Notes: generated by a model from the letters alone, not told the origin. Numbered from the stretch's first letter, positions 12,567 through 26,055 are shown. The stretch: 64,000 bases of DNA from the human T2T-CHM13v2.0 reference genome, Homo sapiens (GCF_009914755.1 NC_060944.1), one strand, 5' to 3'. Numbers and translations are program-made.

Positions 12567-12871
12567 GTGTGTGTGTGTGTGTGTGTGTTTTCGGATGGAG
12601 TCTCACACTGTCACCCAGGCTGGAGTGCAATGGCATATCTTGGCTCACTGTAACCTCCAACTCCCAGGTTCAAGCAATTCTCCTGCCTCAGCCTCCTGAG
12701 TAGCTGGGATTACAGGCACCCACCACCATGCCTGACTATTTTTTTTGTGTTTTTAGTAGAGACGGAGTTTCACCATGTTGACCAGGCTGGTCTCGAACTC
12801 CTGAGCTCATGATCCACCCGCCTTGGCCTCCCAAAGTGCTGGGATTACAGGTGTAAGTCACGTGCCTGGCC
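12567..12871 (-). mobile_element. AluS (Sg-like) inserted in L1PB ORF2; tail converted to (CA)n
   Basis: Both arms are present; TSD CCATATTAATT at 12556-12566 and 12872-12882. Confidence 0.92.
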
Positions 12872-15800
12872 CCATATTAATTTTAAGATTGTTTTTTCTA
12901 GTTCTGTGAAGAATGATTGTGGTATTTTGATGGGAATTGCATTGAATTTGTAGATTGCTTTGGGGAGTATGGTCATTTTTCACAGTATTGATTCTATCCA
13001 TCCATGAACATGGGATGTGTTTCCATTTGTTTCCATTTGTTGCTGATTTCTTTCAGCAGTGTTTTGTAGTTTTCCTTGTAGAGGTCCTTCACAATCTTTG
13101 TTAGGTATATTCCTAAGTATTTCATTTTTTTTATGCAGCTATTGTGAAAGGCGTCAAGTTCCTGGTTCGATTTTCAGCATGGTGACTGTTGGTGTACAGC
13201 AGAGATACTGATTTGTTTGCATTAATTTTGTATCCTGAAATTTTGCTGAATTCATGTACCAGTTCTAGGAGCTTTTTGGATAAGTCTTTAGGGTTTTCTA
13301 GGTATATGATCATATCATCTGCAAACAGTGACAGTTTGACTTCCTCTTTCCCAATTTCTTTCTCTTGTCTGATTGCTCTAGCTATGACTTCCAGTACTAT
13401 GTTGAATACAAGTAGTGAAAGTGGTTCATCCTCATCTTGTTCCAGTTCTCAGGAAGAATGCTTCCAACTTTTCCCCATTCAGTATAAGGTTGACTGTGGT
13501 TTTATCATAGATGGCTTTTATTACCTTAAGGTGTGTCCTTTCTATGCCAATTTTGCTGAAGGTTTTAATCATAAAGAGATGCTGGATTTTGTCAAATGAT
13601 TTTACTGTGTCTATTGAGATGATCATGTGATTTTGTTTTAAATTCTGTTTATGTGGTGCATCACATTTATTGACTTACATATGTTAAACCATCCCTGGAT
13701 CCCTGGTATGAAACCCACTTGATCATGGGACATTATGTTTTTTATATGCTGTTGGATTCAGTTTGCTGATATTTTGTTGAGGATTTTTGCATCTATGTTC
13801 ACCAGGGATATTGGTCTGTAGGTATCTTTTTTTATTATGCCCTTCCCCAGTTTTTGTATTAGGGTGATACTGGCTTCATAGAATAATTTAGGGAGGATTC
13901 CTTCTTTCTCTATCTTTTGGAATAATCTCAATAGGATTGGTACCAATTCTTCTTTGAATGTCTAATAGAATTAGGCTGTGAATATATCTGGTTCTGGACT
14001 TTTTTTTCTTGGCATTTTAAAAAATTACTGTTTCAATCTTGCTGCTTATTATTGGTCTGTTCAGAGATTCTACATCTTCCTGGTTTAATCTAGGATGGTT
14101 GTATATTTCTAGGAATTTATCCATCTCCTCTAGGTTTTCTAGTTTATGTGCATAAAGGTGTTCATAGTAGCCTTGAATAATCTTTTGTATTTCTGTGGTA
14201 TCAGTTGTAATATCTATTGTTTCATTTCTACTTGAGCTTATTTGGATCTTCTCTCTTCTTTTCTTGGCTAATCTGGCTAATGGTCTATCAATTTTTAAAA
14301 ATCTTTTCAAAGAACCAGCTTCTTGTTCCATTTATCTTTTGTATTTTTTTTTGTCTCAATTTCATTTAGATCTGCTCTGATCTTTGTTACTTCTTTTCTT
14401 CTTTTGGGTTTGGGTTGTTCTTGTTTCTCCATTTCTGTGAGGTGTGACTTTAGATTGTGTATTTGTGCTCTTCCAGACTTTTTGATGTAGGCATTTAATG
14501 CTATGAACTTTCCTATTAGCAATGCTTTTGCCGTATCCTAGAGGTTTTGATAGGTTGTGTCATTATTATCGTTCAGTTCAAAGAATTTTTAAATTTCCAT
14601 TTTGATTTCACTTTTGACCCAACAATCATCAAGAACATGTTATTTAATTTCCATATATTTGCATTGTTTTGAGGGCTCCTTTTGGAGTTGATTTCCAATT
14701 TTATTCCACTGTAGTCTGAGAGAGTACTTGATGTAATTTCGATTTTCTTAAATTTACTGAGACTTGTTTTGTGGCCTATCATATGGTCTACCTTGAAGAA
14801 TGTTCCATATGCTGATTAATAAAATGTATATTCTGTAGTTGTTGGGTAGAATGTTCTGTAAATATCTGTTATCTCCATTTGTTGTAGGGTATCCTTTAAG
14901 TCCATTGTTTCTTTATTGACTTTCTGTCTTGATTACCTGTTGAGTGCTGTCAGTGGAGTTTCCCCCACTATTATTGTGTTGCTGTCTATCTCATTTCTTA
15001 GGTCTAGTAGAAATTGTTTTATAAATTTGGGATCTCCTGTGTTAGATGCATACATATTTAGAATTGTGATATTTTCCTGTTGGACTAGTCTTTTTATCAT
15101 TATATAGTGTTCCTCTTTGTCTTTTTAAACTGCTGTTGCTTTGTCTGATGTGTGTTTTTTCTGATATAAGAATACTCCTGCTTGCTTTTGGTGTCCATTT
15201 GCATGGGATATCTTTTTCCATCCCTTTACCTTAAGTTTATTTGAGTTGTCATGTGTTAGGTGAGTCTCCTGAAGACAGCAAGAACTTGGTTGGTGAATTC
15301 TTATTGATTCTGCCATTCTGTATCTTTTAAGGGGAGCATTTAGGCCATTTACATTCAATGTTAGTATCGAGATGTGAGGTACTATTCTATTCATTGTGCT
15401 GTTTGTTGTCTAAATACCTTGATTTTTTCATTGTGTAATTGTTATACAGGTGAGATTTATGCTTTAAGGAGATGCTGTTTTGGTGTATTTTTAGGATTTG
15501 TTTCAAGATTTAGAGGTCCTTTTAGTAGTTCTTGTAGTGCTGACTTGGTAGTGGCAAATTTTCTCAGCATTTGTTTGTCTGGCAAAGACTGTATCTTTCT
15601 TTAATTTATGAAGCTTAGTTTCATTGGATACAACATTCTTGGCTGATAATCATCTTGTTTAAGGAGGCTAAAAATAGAACCCCAATCCCTTCTAGTTTGT
15701 AGGGTTTCTGCTGAGAAATCTGCTGTAAATCTGATAGGTTTTCTTTTTGTTTTTTAATTATACTTTAAGTTCTGGTATACATGTGCAGAATGTGCAGGTT

Positions 15801-15959
15801 TGTTACATAGGTATACATGTGCCATGGTGGTTTCTGCACCCATCAACCCATCATCTACATCAGGTATTTCTCCTAATGCTATACCTCCCCTTGCTTCCCA
15901 CCCCCCAACAGGCCCTGGTGTGTGATGTTCCCCTCCCTGTCTCCATGTGTTCTCATTGT

Positions 15960-18900
15960 TCATCTCCCACTTATGAGTGAGAACATGCGGTGTTTGGTTT
16001 TCTGTTCCTGTGTTAGTTTCCTGAGACTGATGGTTTCCAGCTTCATCCATGTCCTTGCAAAGGACATGAACTCATTTTTTTTTTATGGCTGCGTAGTATT
16101 CCACGCTGTATATATGCCACATTTTTTTTAACTGGTCTATCATTGATGTGCATTTACGTTGGTTCCAAGTCTTTGCTATTGTGAATAGTGCTGCAGTAAA
16201 CATATGTGTGCATGTGTCTTCACAGTAGAATGATTTATAATCCTTTGGGTGGGATTGCTGGGTCAAATGGTATTTCTGGTTCTAGATCCTTGAGGAATCA
16301 CCACACTGTCTTCCACAATGGTTAAACTAATTTACACTCCCACCAACAGTGTAAAAGCATTCTTATTTCTCCACATCCTCTCCAGCATCTGTTGTTTCCT
16401 GAATTTTTAATGATTGCCATTCTAACCTGTGTGAGATGGTATCTCATGGTGATTTTGATTTGCATTTCTCTAATGACCAGTGGTGATGAACTTTGTTTCA
16501 TATGTTTGTTGGCCACATAAATGTCTTCTTTTGAGAAGTGTCTGTTCATATCCTTTGCCCACTTTTTGATAGGGTTGTTTGTTTTTTTCTTGTCAATTTG
16601 TTTAAGTTCTTTGTAGATTCCGGATATTAGCCCTTTGTCAGATGGATAGATTGTAAAATTTTTCTCCCATTCTGTAGGTTGCCTGTTCACTCTGACGATA
16701 GTTTCTTTTGCTGTGCCAAAGCTCTTTAGTTTAATTAGATCCCATTTGTCAATTTTGGCTTTTGTTCCTATTGCTTTTGGTGTTTTAGTCATGAAGTCTT
16801 TGCCCATGCCTATATCCTGAATGGTACTGCCTAGGTTTTCTTCTAGGGTTTTTATGGTTTTAGGTCTTATGTTTACATCTTTAATCCACCTTGAGTTATT
16901 TTTTGTATAAGGTAAAAGAAGGGGTCCAGTTTCAGTTTTCTGCATATGGCTAGCCAGTTTCCCGCATATGGCTAGCCAGTTTCCCCAACACCATTTATTA
17001 AATAGGGAATCCTTTCCTCATTGCTTGTTTTTGTCAGGTTTGTCAAAGGTCAGATGGTTGTAGACATGTGGTGTTATTTCTGAGGCCTCTGGTCTGTTCC
17101 ATTGGTCTATATATCTGTTTTGTTACCAGTACCATGGTGCTTTGATTACTGTGGTCTTGTAGTATAATTTGAAGTCAGGTAGTGTGATGCCTCCAGCTTT
17201 GTTCTTTTTGCTTAGGATTGTCTTGGGTATACGGGCTCTTGTTTGGTTCCATATAAAATTTAAAGTCGTTTTTTTCTAATTCTGCAAGGAAAGTCAATGG
17301 TAGCTTGAGAGGAATAGCACTGAATCTATAAATTACTTTGGGTATTATGGCTATTTTCATGATATTGATTCTTTCAATTTCCATTAGCATAGAATGTTTT
17401 TTCATTTGTTTGTGTCTTCTTTTATTTTTTTGAGCAGTGGGTTGTAGTTCTCCTTGAAGACGCCCTTCACATCCCTTGTAAGTTGTATTCCTAGGTATTT
17501 TACTCTCTTTGTTGCAGTTGTGAATGGGAGTTCACTCATGATTTGGCTCTCTGTTTGTCTACTATTGGTGTATAGGAATGCTTGTGATTTTTGCACATTG
17601 ATTTTGTATCCTGAGACTTTTTGAAGTTGCCTATCAACTTAAGGAGTTTTTGGGATGAGATGATAGGGTTTTCTAAATATACAATCATGTCATCTGCAAA
17701 CAGATACAATTTGACTTCCTCTCTTCCTATTTGAATACCCTTTATTGCTTTCTCTTGCCTGATTGCCCTGGCCAGAACTTCCAATACTATGTTAAATAGG
17801 AGTGGTTAGAGAGGGCATCCTGGTCTTGTGCCAGTTTTCAAAGGGAATGTTTCCAGCTTTTGCCCATTCAGTATGATATTGGCTATGCATTTGTTATAAA
17901 TAGTTCTTATTATTTTGATATATGTTCCATCAATACCTAATTTATTGAGTGCTTTTAGCATGAAGCAGTGTTGAATTTTATCGAAGGCCTTTTCTGCATC
18001 TATTGAGACAATCATGTGGTTTTTGTCATTGGTTCTGTTTATGTGACGGATTACATTTATTGATTTGCGTATGTTGAACCAGCCTTGCATCCCAGGGATG
18101 AGGCCAACTTGATCGTGGTGGATAAGCTTTTTGATATGCTGCTGGATTCAGTTTGCCAGTATTTCATTGGGGATTTTCACATTGATGTTCGGCAAGGATA
18201 TTAGCCAGAAATTTTCTTTTTTTGTTGTGTCTGTGCCCAGTTTTAGTGTCAGGATGATGCTGGCCTCATAAAATGAGTAAGAGAGAAGCCCTTCTTATTC
18301 TATTATTTGGAATAGTTTCAGAAGGAATGGTACCAGCTCCTGTTTGTACTTCTGGTAGAATTCAGGTGTGAATCCGTCTGGTCCTGGGCCTTTTTTGGTT
18401 GGTAGGCTATTAATTACTGCCTCAGTTTCAGAACTCATTATTGGTCTATTCAGGGATTCGACGTCTTCCTGGTTTAGTCTTGGGAGGGTGTATGTGTCCA
18501 GGAATTTATGCACTTCTTCTAGATTTTCTAGTTTATTTGCATAGAGGTGTTTATAGTATTCTCTGATGGTAGTTTGTATCTCTGTGGGATCTGTGGTGGT
18601 ATTCCCTTTATCATTTTTTATTGTGTCTATTTGATTCTTCTCTCTTTTCTTCTTTATTAGTCTGGCTAGAGGTCTATGTATTTTGTTAATCTTTTCAGAA
18701 AACCAGCTCCTGGATTCATTAATTTTTTGAAGGATTTTTCGTGTCTTTATCTTCTTCAGTTCTTCTCTGATCTTAATCATTTCCTGTCTACTGCTAGCTT
18801 TTGAAGTTGTTTGCTCTTGCTTCTCTAGTTCTTTTAATCGTGATGTTAGCGTGTCAATTTTAAATCTTTCCCACTTTTTCCTGTTGGCATTTAGTGCTAT

Positions 18901-19796
18901 AAATTTCCCTCTAAACACTGCTTTAGCTGTGTCCCAGAGATTCTGGTATGTTATGTCTTTGTTCTTATTGGTTTCAAAGAACTATTTATTTCTGACTTAA
19001 TTTCGTTATTTACCCAGTAGTCATTCAGGAGCAGGTTGTTCAGTTTCCATGTAGTTGTGAGGCTTTGAGTGAGTTTCTTAATCCTGAGTTCTAATTTGAT
19101 TGCACTGTGGCCTGAGAGACTGTTCGTTATGATTTCTGTTCTTTTGCATTTGCTGAGGAGTGTTTTACTTCCAAGTATGTGGTCAATTTTAGAATAAGTG
19201 CTATGTGGTGTTGAGAAGCATGTATATTCTATTGATTTGGGGTGGAAAGTTCTGTAGACATCTATTATGTCTGCTTGGTCCAGAGCTAAGTTCAAGTTCT
19301 GAATATCCTTGTTAATTTTCTGTCTCATTGATCTGTCTAATATTGACAGTGGGGTTTTAAAGTTTCCCATTATAATTGTGTGGGAGCCTTAGTCTCTTTG
19401 TAGGTCTCTAAGAACTTGCTTTATGAACCTGGGTGCTACTATATTGGGTGCATATATATTTAGGATAGTTAGCTCTTCTTGTTGCATTGATTCCTTTACC
19501 ATTATGTAATGCCCTTCTTTGTCCCTTTTGATCTTTGTTCATTTAAAGTCTGTTTTATCAGAGACTAAAATTACAACCCCCGCTTTTCTTTGCTTTCCAT
19601 TTTCTTGTTGAATATTCCTCCATCCCTTTATTTTGAGCCTATGTGTGTCTTTGCAAGTGAGGTGGGTCTCCTGAATACAGCACACTGATGGGTCTTCACT
19701 CTTTATCCAATTTGCCAGTCTGTGTCTTTTAATTGTGGCATTTAGCCCACTTATGTTTAAGGTTAATATTGTTACATGTGAATTTGATCCTGTTAT
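15960..19796 (-). pseudogene. Disrupted ORF2 (EN/RT) of the L1PA7-like element
   Basis: ORF-track fragments include [19 protein letters not shown] and CWRGCGE; there are many stops and frameshifts. Confidence 0.9.
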
Positions 19797-19856
19797 GATG
19801 CTAGCTGGTTATTTTGCCCATTAGTTGATGCAGTTTCTTCATAGTGTCAATGGTCT

Positions 19857-20876
19857 TCACATTTTAGTATTTTTGCAGTGGCTGGTATCAGTTTTTCCTT
19901 TCCATATTTAGTGCTTCCTTCAGGAGCTCTTGTAAGGCAGGCCTGGTGGTGACAAAATCCCTCAGCATTTGCTTGTCTGTAAAGGATTTTATTTCCACTT
20001 CACTTATGAAGCTTAGTTTGGCTGGATATGAAATTCTGGGGTTGAAAATTCTTTTCTTTAAGAAGTTTGAATATTGGCCCCCACTGTCTTCTGGCTTGTA
20101 GGGTTTCTGCAGAGAGATCCACTGTTATTCTGATGAGCTTTTCTTTGTGGGTAACCCGCCCTTTCTCTCTGGCTGCCCTTAATGTATTTTCCTTCATTTC
20201 AACCTTGGTGAATGTGATGATTATGTGTCTTGCAGTTGCTCTTCTCAAGGAGTATCTTTGTGGTGTTCTCTGTATTTCCTGAATTTGAATGTTGGCCTGT
20301 CTTGCTAGGTTGGGGAAGTTCTCCTGGATAATATTCTGAAGTATGTTTTCCAACATGGTTCCATTCTTGGTTCCATTCAGGTACACCAATCAAACATAGG
20401 TTTGGTCTTTTCACATAGTCCCATATTTCTTGGAGGCTTTGTTTGTTCCTTTTCATTCTTTTTTCTCTAATCTTGTCTTCACACTTTATTTCATTAAGTT
20501 GATCTTCAATCTCTGATATCCTTTCTTTTGCTTGACAGATTTGGCTGTTGATACTTGTGTATGCTTCACAAAGTTCTCGTGCTGTGTTTTCCAGCTCCAT
20601 CAGGTCATTTATGTTCTTCTCTAAACTGGTTATTCTAGTTAGCAGTTCCTGAAATGTTTTATCAAGGTTCTTAGTTTCTTTGCATTGGGTTAGAACATGC
20701 TCCTTACTTGGAGGAGTTTGTTATACCCACCTTCTGAAGCCTACTTCTGTCAATTTGTCAAACTTGTTCTCTGTCCAGTTTTGTTCCCTTCCTGGCAAGG
20801 AATTATGATTTTTTGGAGGAGAAGAGGCATTCTGGTTTTTGGAATTTTCAGCCTTTTTGCACTGGTTTTTCCTCAT
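19857..20876 (-). pseudogene. Disrupted ORF1 of the L1PA7-like element
   Basis: Fragments include MELENTARELCEAY, QENFPNLARQAN and AAREKGRVT. Confidence 0.88.
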
Positions 20877-22201
20877 CTCTGTGGATTTATCTACCTTTGG
20901 TCTTTGATGTTGGTGACCTTTGGATGGGGTTTTTGCATGGGTGTCTTTTTTGTTGATGTTGATGCTATTTCATTCTGTTAGTTTTCCTTCTAACAGTCAG
21001 GCCCCTCTGCTGCAGGTCTGCTGGAGCTTGCTGGAGGTCCACTACAGACCCTGTTTGCCTGGGTTTCACCAGTGGAGGATGAAGAACAACAAAGATTGCT
21101 GCCTATTCCTTCCTCTGGAAGCTTTGTCCCAGAGGGGCCCCTGCCAGATGACAGCTGGAGCTCTCCTGTATGAGGTATCTGTCAAACCCTGCTGGGAGGT
21201 ATCTCCCAGTCAGGAGGCATGGGGGCCAGGGCCCCACTTGAGTAGGCAGTCTCTCTCTTAGCAGAGCTTAAGCGTCCTGCTGGGAGATTTGCTGCTCTCT
21301 TCAGAGCTGGCAGGCAGGAACATTTAAGTCTGCTGAAGCTGCCCCTACAGCTGTTCCTTCCCCCATGTTTTCTGTCCCAGAGAGATGGGGGTTTTATGTA
21401 TAAGCCCCTGACTGGGGCTGCTGCCTTTCTTTCAGAGATGCCCTGCCCAGAGAGAAAGAATCTAGGGAGGCAGTCTGGCTTCAGCGGCTTCGCCGCACTG
21501 TGGTGGGTTCCACACCCAGTTTGAACTTCCCAGCGTCTTAGTTTACACTATGAGGGGAAAACCGCCTACTCAAGCCTCAGTAATGGCAGACACCCCTCCC
21601 GCCACCAAGCTTGAGCATCCCAGGTCCACCTCAGACTGCTGTGCTGGCAGCGGGAATTTCAAGCCAGAGGATCTTAGCTTGTTGGGCTTCATGGGGGTGG
21701 TGGATCTGCTGAGCAAGATGACTTGGCTCCCTGGCTTCAGAGCCCCCTTTCCAGGGGAGTGAATGGTTCTGTCTCTTTGGCATTCCAAGTGCCACTGGGG
21801 TACGAAAAAAAAAACTCCTGCAGCTAGCTTGATGTCTGCCCAAATGACTGCCCAGTTTTGTGCTTGAAACCCAGGGCCCTGGTGGTGTAGGCACCGGAGG
21901 GAATCTCCTGGTCTGTGGGTTGGGAAGACTGTGAGAAAAGCATAGTATCTGGGCCAGATAGCACCATCCCTCACAGCACAGTCCCTCATGGTTTCCCTTG
22001 GCTGGGGAGAGAGTTCCCCAACCCCTTGCACTTTCCAGGTGAGGTGATGCCCCACCCTGCTTCAGCTTACCCTCCATGGGCTGCACCCACTGCCTAACCA
22101 GTCCCAGTGAGTTGAACCAGGTACCTTAGTTGGAAGTGCAGAAATCACATGCCTTCTTCCTTGGTCTCACTGGGAGCTGCAGATGGGAGCGGTTTCTATT
22201 T

Positions 22202-22211
22202 GGCCATCTTG
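22202..22211 (-). promoter_or_regulatory. YY1 site of the L1 internal promoter (CAAGATGGCC)
   Basis: Motif lies at the expected position at the 5' end of the full-length L1PA7. Confidence 0.75.
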
Positions 22212-24059
22212 CCCTCTTCCTGATAGGTTTTCTTTTATGGGTAACCTGATGCTTTTGTCTCACAGCTTTAATATTCTTTCCTTCACCTTGACTTTAGATA
22301 TCCTGATGATTATGTGTTAAATGATGATCTTTTTGTGATGAACTTCCCAGGTGCTCTTTGAATTTCTTGTATTTGGATGTCTAGGTCTCTAGCAAGGCCA
22401 GGGAAGTTTTCCTCAATTATTCCCTCAAATATGTTTTCCAAAGTTTTAGATTTCTCCTTTTCCTTGGGAACACCAATTATTCTTAGGTTTTGACACTTAG
22501 TCCAAATTTCTTGCAGGCTTCATTTATTTAAAAAAATGTTTTTTCTTTGTCTTTGATGGATTGGGTTAATTTGAAAGCCTTGTCTTTGAGCTCTGAGGTG
22601 TTTTCTTCTGCTTTTTTGATTCTATTGCTGAGGCTTTCCAGTGCACTTTGCATTTATCTAAGTGTGTCCTTGATTTCCAGAAGTTGTGAATTGTTTTTTA
22701 TTTATGCTCTCTATTTCACTGAAGAATTTTCCTTTCATATCCTGTATATGTTTTTGATTTCTTTAAGTTGGACTTCACCTTTCTTCGGTGACTCCAGAAT
22801 TAGCTTAATAATTGACCTCCTGAATTCTTTTTCTGGCAATTTGGAAATTTTGTCTTGGTTTGGATCCATTGCTGGTGAGCTTATATGATCTTTTGGAGGT
22901 TTTAAAGAACCTTGTTTTGTCATATTTCTGGTTCCTTCTCATTTGGGTAGACTATGTCAGAGAGAAGATCTGGAACTCAAGGGCTGCTGTTCAGATTTTT
23001 TTTATCTCATGGGGTGCTCTCTTGATGTGATGTTCTCCTCCCCACCCTAGGAATGGGGCTTCCTGAGAGCCAAACTGTAGTGATTAGTTTTGCTCTTCTG
23101 GGTCTCACCACCCAGTGGAGCTACCAGGCTCCAGGTTGGTACTGGGGAGTTTCTACAAAGAGTCCTGTGACATGATCCGTCTTCAGATCTTGTGACCCTG
23201 GATACCAGCACCTGCTCCAGTGGAGGTAGCAGAGGAGTGATGTGGACTCTGTGAGGGTCTTTGGTTGTATTTTTGTTTACTGTGCTAGTTTTGTATTAGT
23301 TGGCCTCCAGCCAGAAGGTGATACTTTCAAGAGCACATCAGCTGCAGTCTTATAGGGAGGATGCAAACTTGCCCTAGGGACACCTGGTTAAGTATCCAGG
23401 ATTCTCATGTGGCGGGCAGGGTAGGGCCATAGAGCTCCCAAGAGGTTATGACATTTTTCTTCAGCTACCGGGGTGGGTAGAGAAAGACCACCAGGTGGGT
23501 CAGGGATAGGCATGTCTGAGCTCAGCCTCTCCTTGGGCGTGGCTTGCTGTGGCTGCTGTGGGTGATGGGGGTGTGGTTCCTAGTCCAGTGGAGTTATATT
23601 CCCAGGGGGATTATGGCTGCCTCTGCTGAGTCATACAGGTTGCCAGGGAAGTAGAAGAAAGCTGGCGGTCACCAGCCTCACCTTACTCTCATGCAGCTGG
23701 CAGTCCTAAAGGCTGGTCTCACTCCCACTGTGCCCTGCCAACAGCACTGAGTCTATTTCCAGGCAGCCAGTGGCCAGGGCTGAGAACTTGTCCCTGACTA
23801 TGAGCCTCCCTCTTGGGAAAGCAAGCCGACTCACAGTTTTTTGGCAACTCAGGGAGCCTGCAGCAGTGATCCAGTTTCTTCAAAAGTTCTGTGGATTCTC
23901 TCGGCTTTCCTGGTATGTTCCTCTGGTAGTTCTTATTAGCAAAAGTTCACAATATGAGTCTCCACATGCTGCTCTATTTGTCTGAGTGGGAGCTGCAGGC
24001 TAGTCCTGCCTCCTATCCACCAACTTCCCAGGATGCCCTCTCTATATCTATTTTTAAAT

Positions 24060-24425
24060 TGACTGAAGCTGAGCAGCATATATATTCAACTTGGCCATCA
24101 TGATTTGTGCAGGAATGGGCAAGTGACCGTAAGTTGGGCCCAGTGCAGCACAAGGATATTTCTTCTGGCTCCTGGGAAAACAGCTCCCTAGAGGGATGTT
24201 CTCCTTCTGTTGTATGTGAACTAGAAAACTCACAACATTGAGAGGCCTCTGGCAGCCAGTGTGGAACCAGGGAGGAAAGTGGTCTTAGACACAGGCTGAG
24301 CAGAGAGCTGGTTGGCTGCGTCAGGCTTTGCTTGGACTTGCTGTGGGACTTATATTTCACATTATAAGCCAGTTTACATTTAGTTTTCTGTTACTGAAAA
24401 CAACTGGAAGATTGCTAACTGGTAA
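24060..24425 (+). mobile_element. MaLR/ERVL-type LTR remnant; its 5' tip is probably at ~10971-11010
   Basis: Contains GGGCAAGTGACC..GGCAGCCAG and a terminus TTTTCTGTTACT..CTAACTGGTAAA. Confidence 0.5.
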
Positions 24426-25320
24426 AAACCTTGACCTTAAACTAACTCCACCACATTTAATGGAGAAACAGAGACATTTTCATTAAGGTCAGAAATAAGA
24501 AAAAATTGCTGTGGTTCTTTCTACAACTGAGTATTGTTTTATATGTTCCAGTCGTTCCAGCCTTAGCTAGAACTCACCCTTAGCTAGAACATATAAAAGC
24601 ATAATTTTTGGAAAGGAAGGCTTTGGAAAGGATGATATTATCATTATTTACAAATTATACAATTTTCTGTTTGACAAATAATCAGCTGAAACTATAAGAG
24701 AGTTCAGGAATATGGCTAGAAATAAAATATAGGAAAAAATCTATAATTTTTCTATATAACAGTAATAATCAGTTACAAAATATGCTGGAAAATGAGTTCA
24801 TTCATAATTGAAAGAAATAGTATATGGGATCATGTTTGAAAATAACAGCATTTGACAGAGGGCAAACATTTCAGAAATACATTTAAATAATCCACAATTT
24901 AAGCGGGAGTGCAGGCCCCCTCAGAACCCTAATATCAATCATAACAAAAGTTGCATAATTATTTTTGGAACTCTGTAAGGCAATGAATACCAAATGCTAT
25001 AACAGCCTAAAATCTCTTCATTTCCTTGCCTTTATCTGTCAAGAAATTTATCCCATGAAAATTACTAAAGATCTCTTCAAAGACTTAGTTCCAAGGATAT
25101 GCACTGGAGTATTTTTTATAAATCCAGGAAATAATTGAAATGTAGCACAAAATGGATAAGGTTAATAAATTCTGTTCTATTCATACACAAGGGAATAGTT
25201 TGCAATTATTGAAAAGATGCTTCTTACAAGGATATTTGTTGGTTTGGAAGGACTTATATAATATGATAAATGAAAATGCAATTTTATCAGTAGTAGGTAC
25301 AGAGTGACCTCATTTTAAAG
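24425..25320 (+). mobile_element. Old L1M ORF2/3' fragments, right half
   Basis: Resembles DNA coding for NIILNGE..FPLRSG.RQ, followed by degenerate L1M 3' sequence. Confidence 0.55.
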
Positions 25321-25593
25321 CAGATGTGATGTGACAGTGGGCAGATTTGGGAGAAAGACTGGACTAGGTGTCCCAGGGGATGTCACCTGTCATAGAGGCC
25401 ACGTGTCTGCAACGTGGGTCTTCAGAAGGTAGCAGTTCTGAGAGGAAGCACATAGAGACAGAGCCAGGGAAAAGGAAAGCTACACTTATGTGCATAATTC
25501 TCCCCTATGGCTCCACATGTCTTTAGTGGAACACACCTTTCTTGTGGAAGGTGCATGGGACTGAGTTTTGCACTATCACTGTGGACAGAGGAG

Positions 25594-25845
25594 TGCGTTA
25601 GTTATTTATTGCTGTGTAACAAATTATCCCCAAAGTTAGTAGGTTTTATCTCACATTATTTATTATCTCACACAGTTTCTGAGGGTTAGGAGTCTGGGAT
25701 TGATTTAGCTTGATGGTGCTGGTTCAGGATCTCACACGTCAGGCTTGACTGGGGTGGGAGGGTCTGCTTCCAAGGGACTTTCATTCCTTACCACATGGGT
25801 CTCTCCATTGGGCTGCTCACAGCATGACGCCCACCACTGCAAGGA

Positions 25846-25895
<50 letters not shown>

Positions 25896-26055
25896 TTGAG
25901 TACACAAGACAAAAGCCACAGTCTTTACAAGCTACTTTCAGAAGTGACATACCGTTCTTCTGCCATATGCTACTGTCACAGAGATTTACCCTAACACAAT
26001 ATGGGCGGGCACTGCACAAGGGTGTGAATGCTGGGACACCATTCTTGGCAACTGT
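25594..26055 (-). mobile_element. MLT1-family LTR containing (GA)n at 25850-25892
   Basis: TTAGTTATTTATTGCTGTGTAACAAATTATCCCCAAAG..TCACACAGTTTCTGAGGGT..CACAAGGGTGTGAAT. Confidence 0.7.

Larger units (their letters stand above)
15748..22219 (-). mobile_element. Full-length (~6.5 kb) L1PA7-like LINE-1 with 17-bp TSD
   Basis: TSD CTGATAGGTTTTCTTTT at 15731-15747 and 22220-22236. The 5' end reads CAAGATGGCCAAATAG. The 5'UTR, ORF1, ORF2 and 3'UTR are colinear, and the 3'UTR lacks the L1PA8-type GTTTTAAGCCC segment. Confidence 0.92.
11025..24030 (-). mobile_element. Full-length degenerate L1PB1/L1PBa-like LINE-1, interrupted by an AluS and an L1PA7
   Basis: The 3' end is L1PB1-type (TTTATTTCAATAGGTTTTTGGGGAACAGGTG). 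ORF2 fragments are present, including the start MNRIVPHISILTLNVNG at 15394. ORF1 pieces lie on both sides of the insert. The 5' end reads GGAAGTTGGTGGATAGGAGGCAGGACTAGC on the minus strand. Confidence 0.88.
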
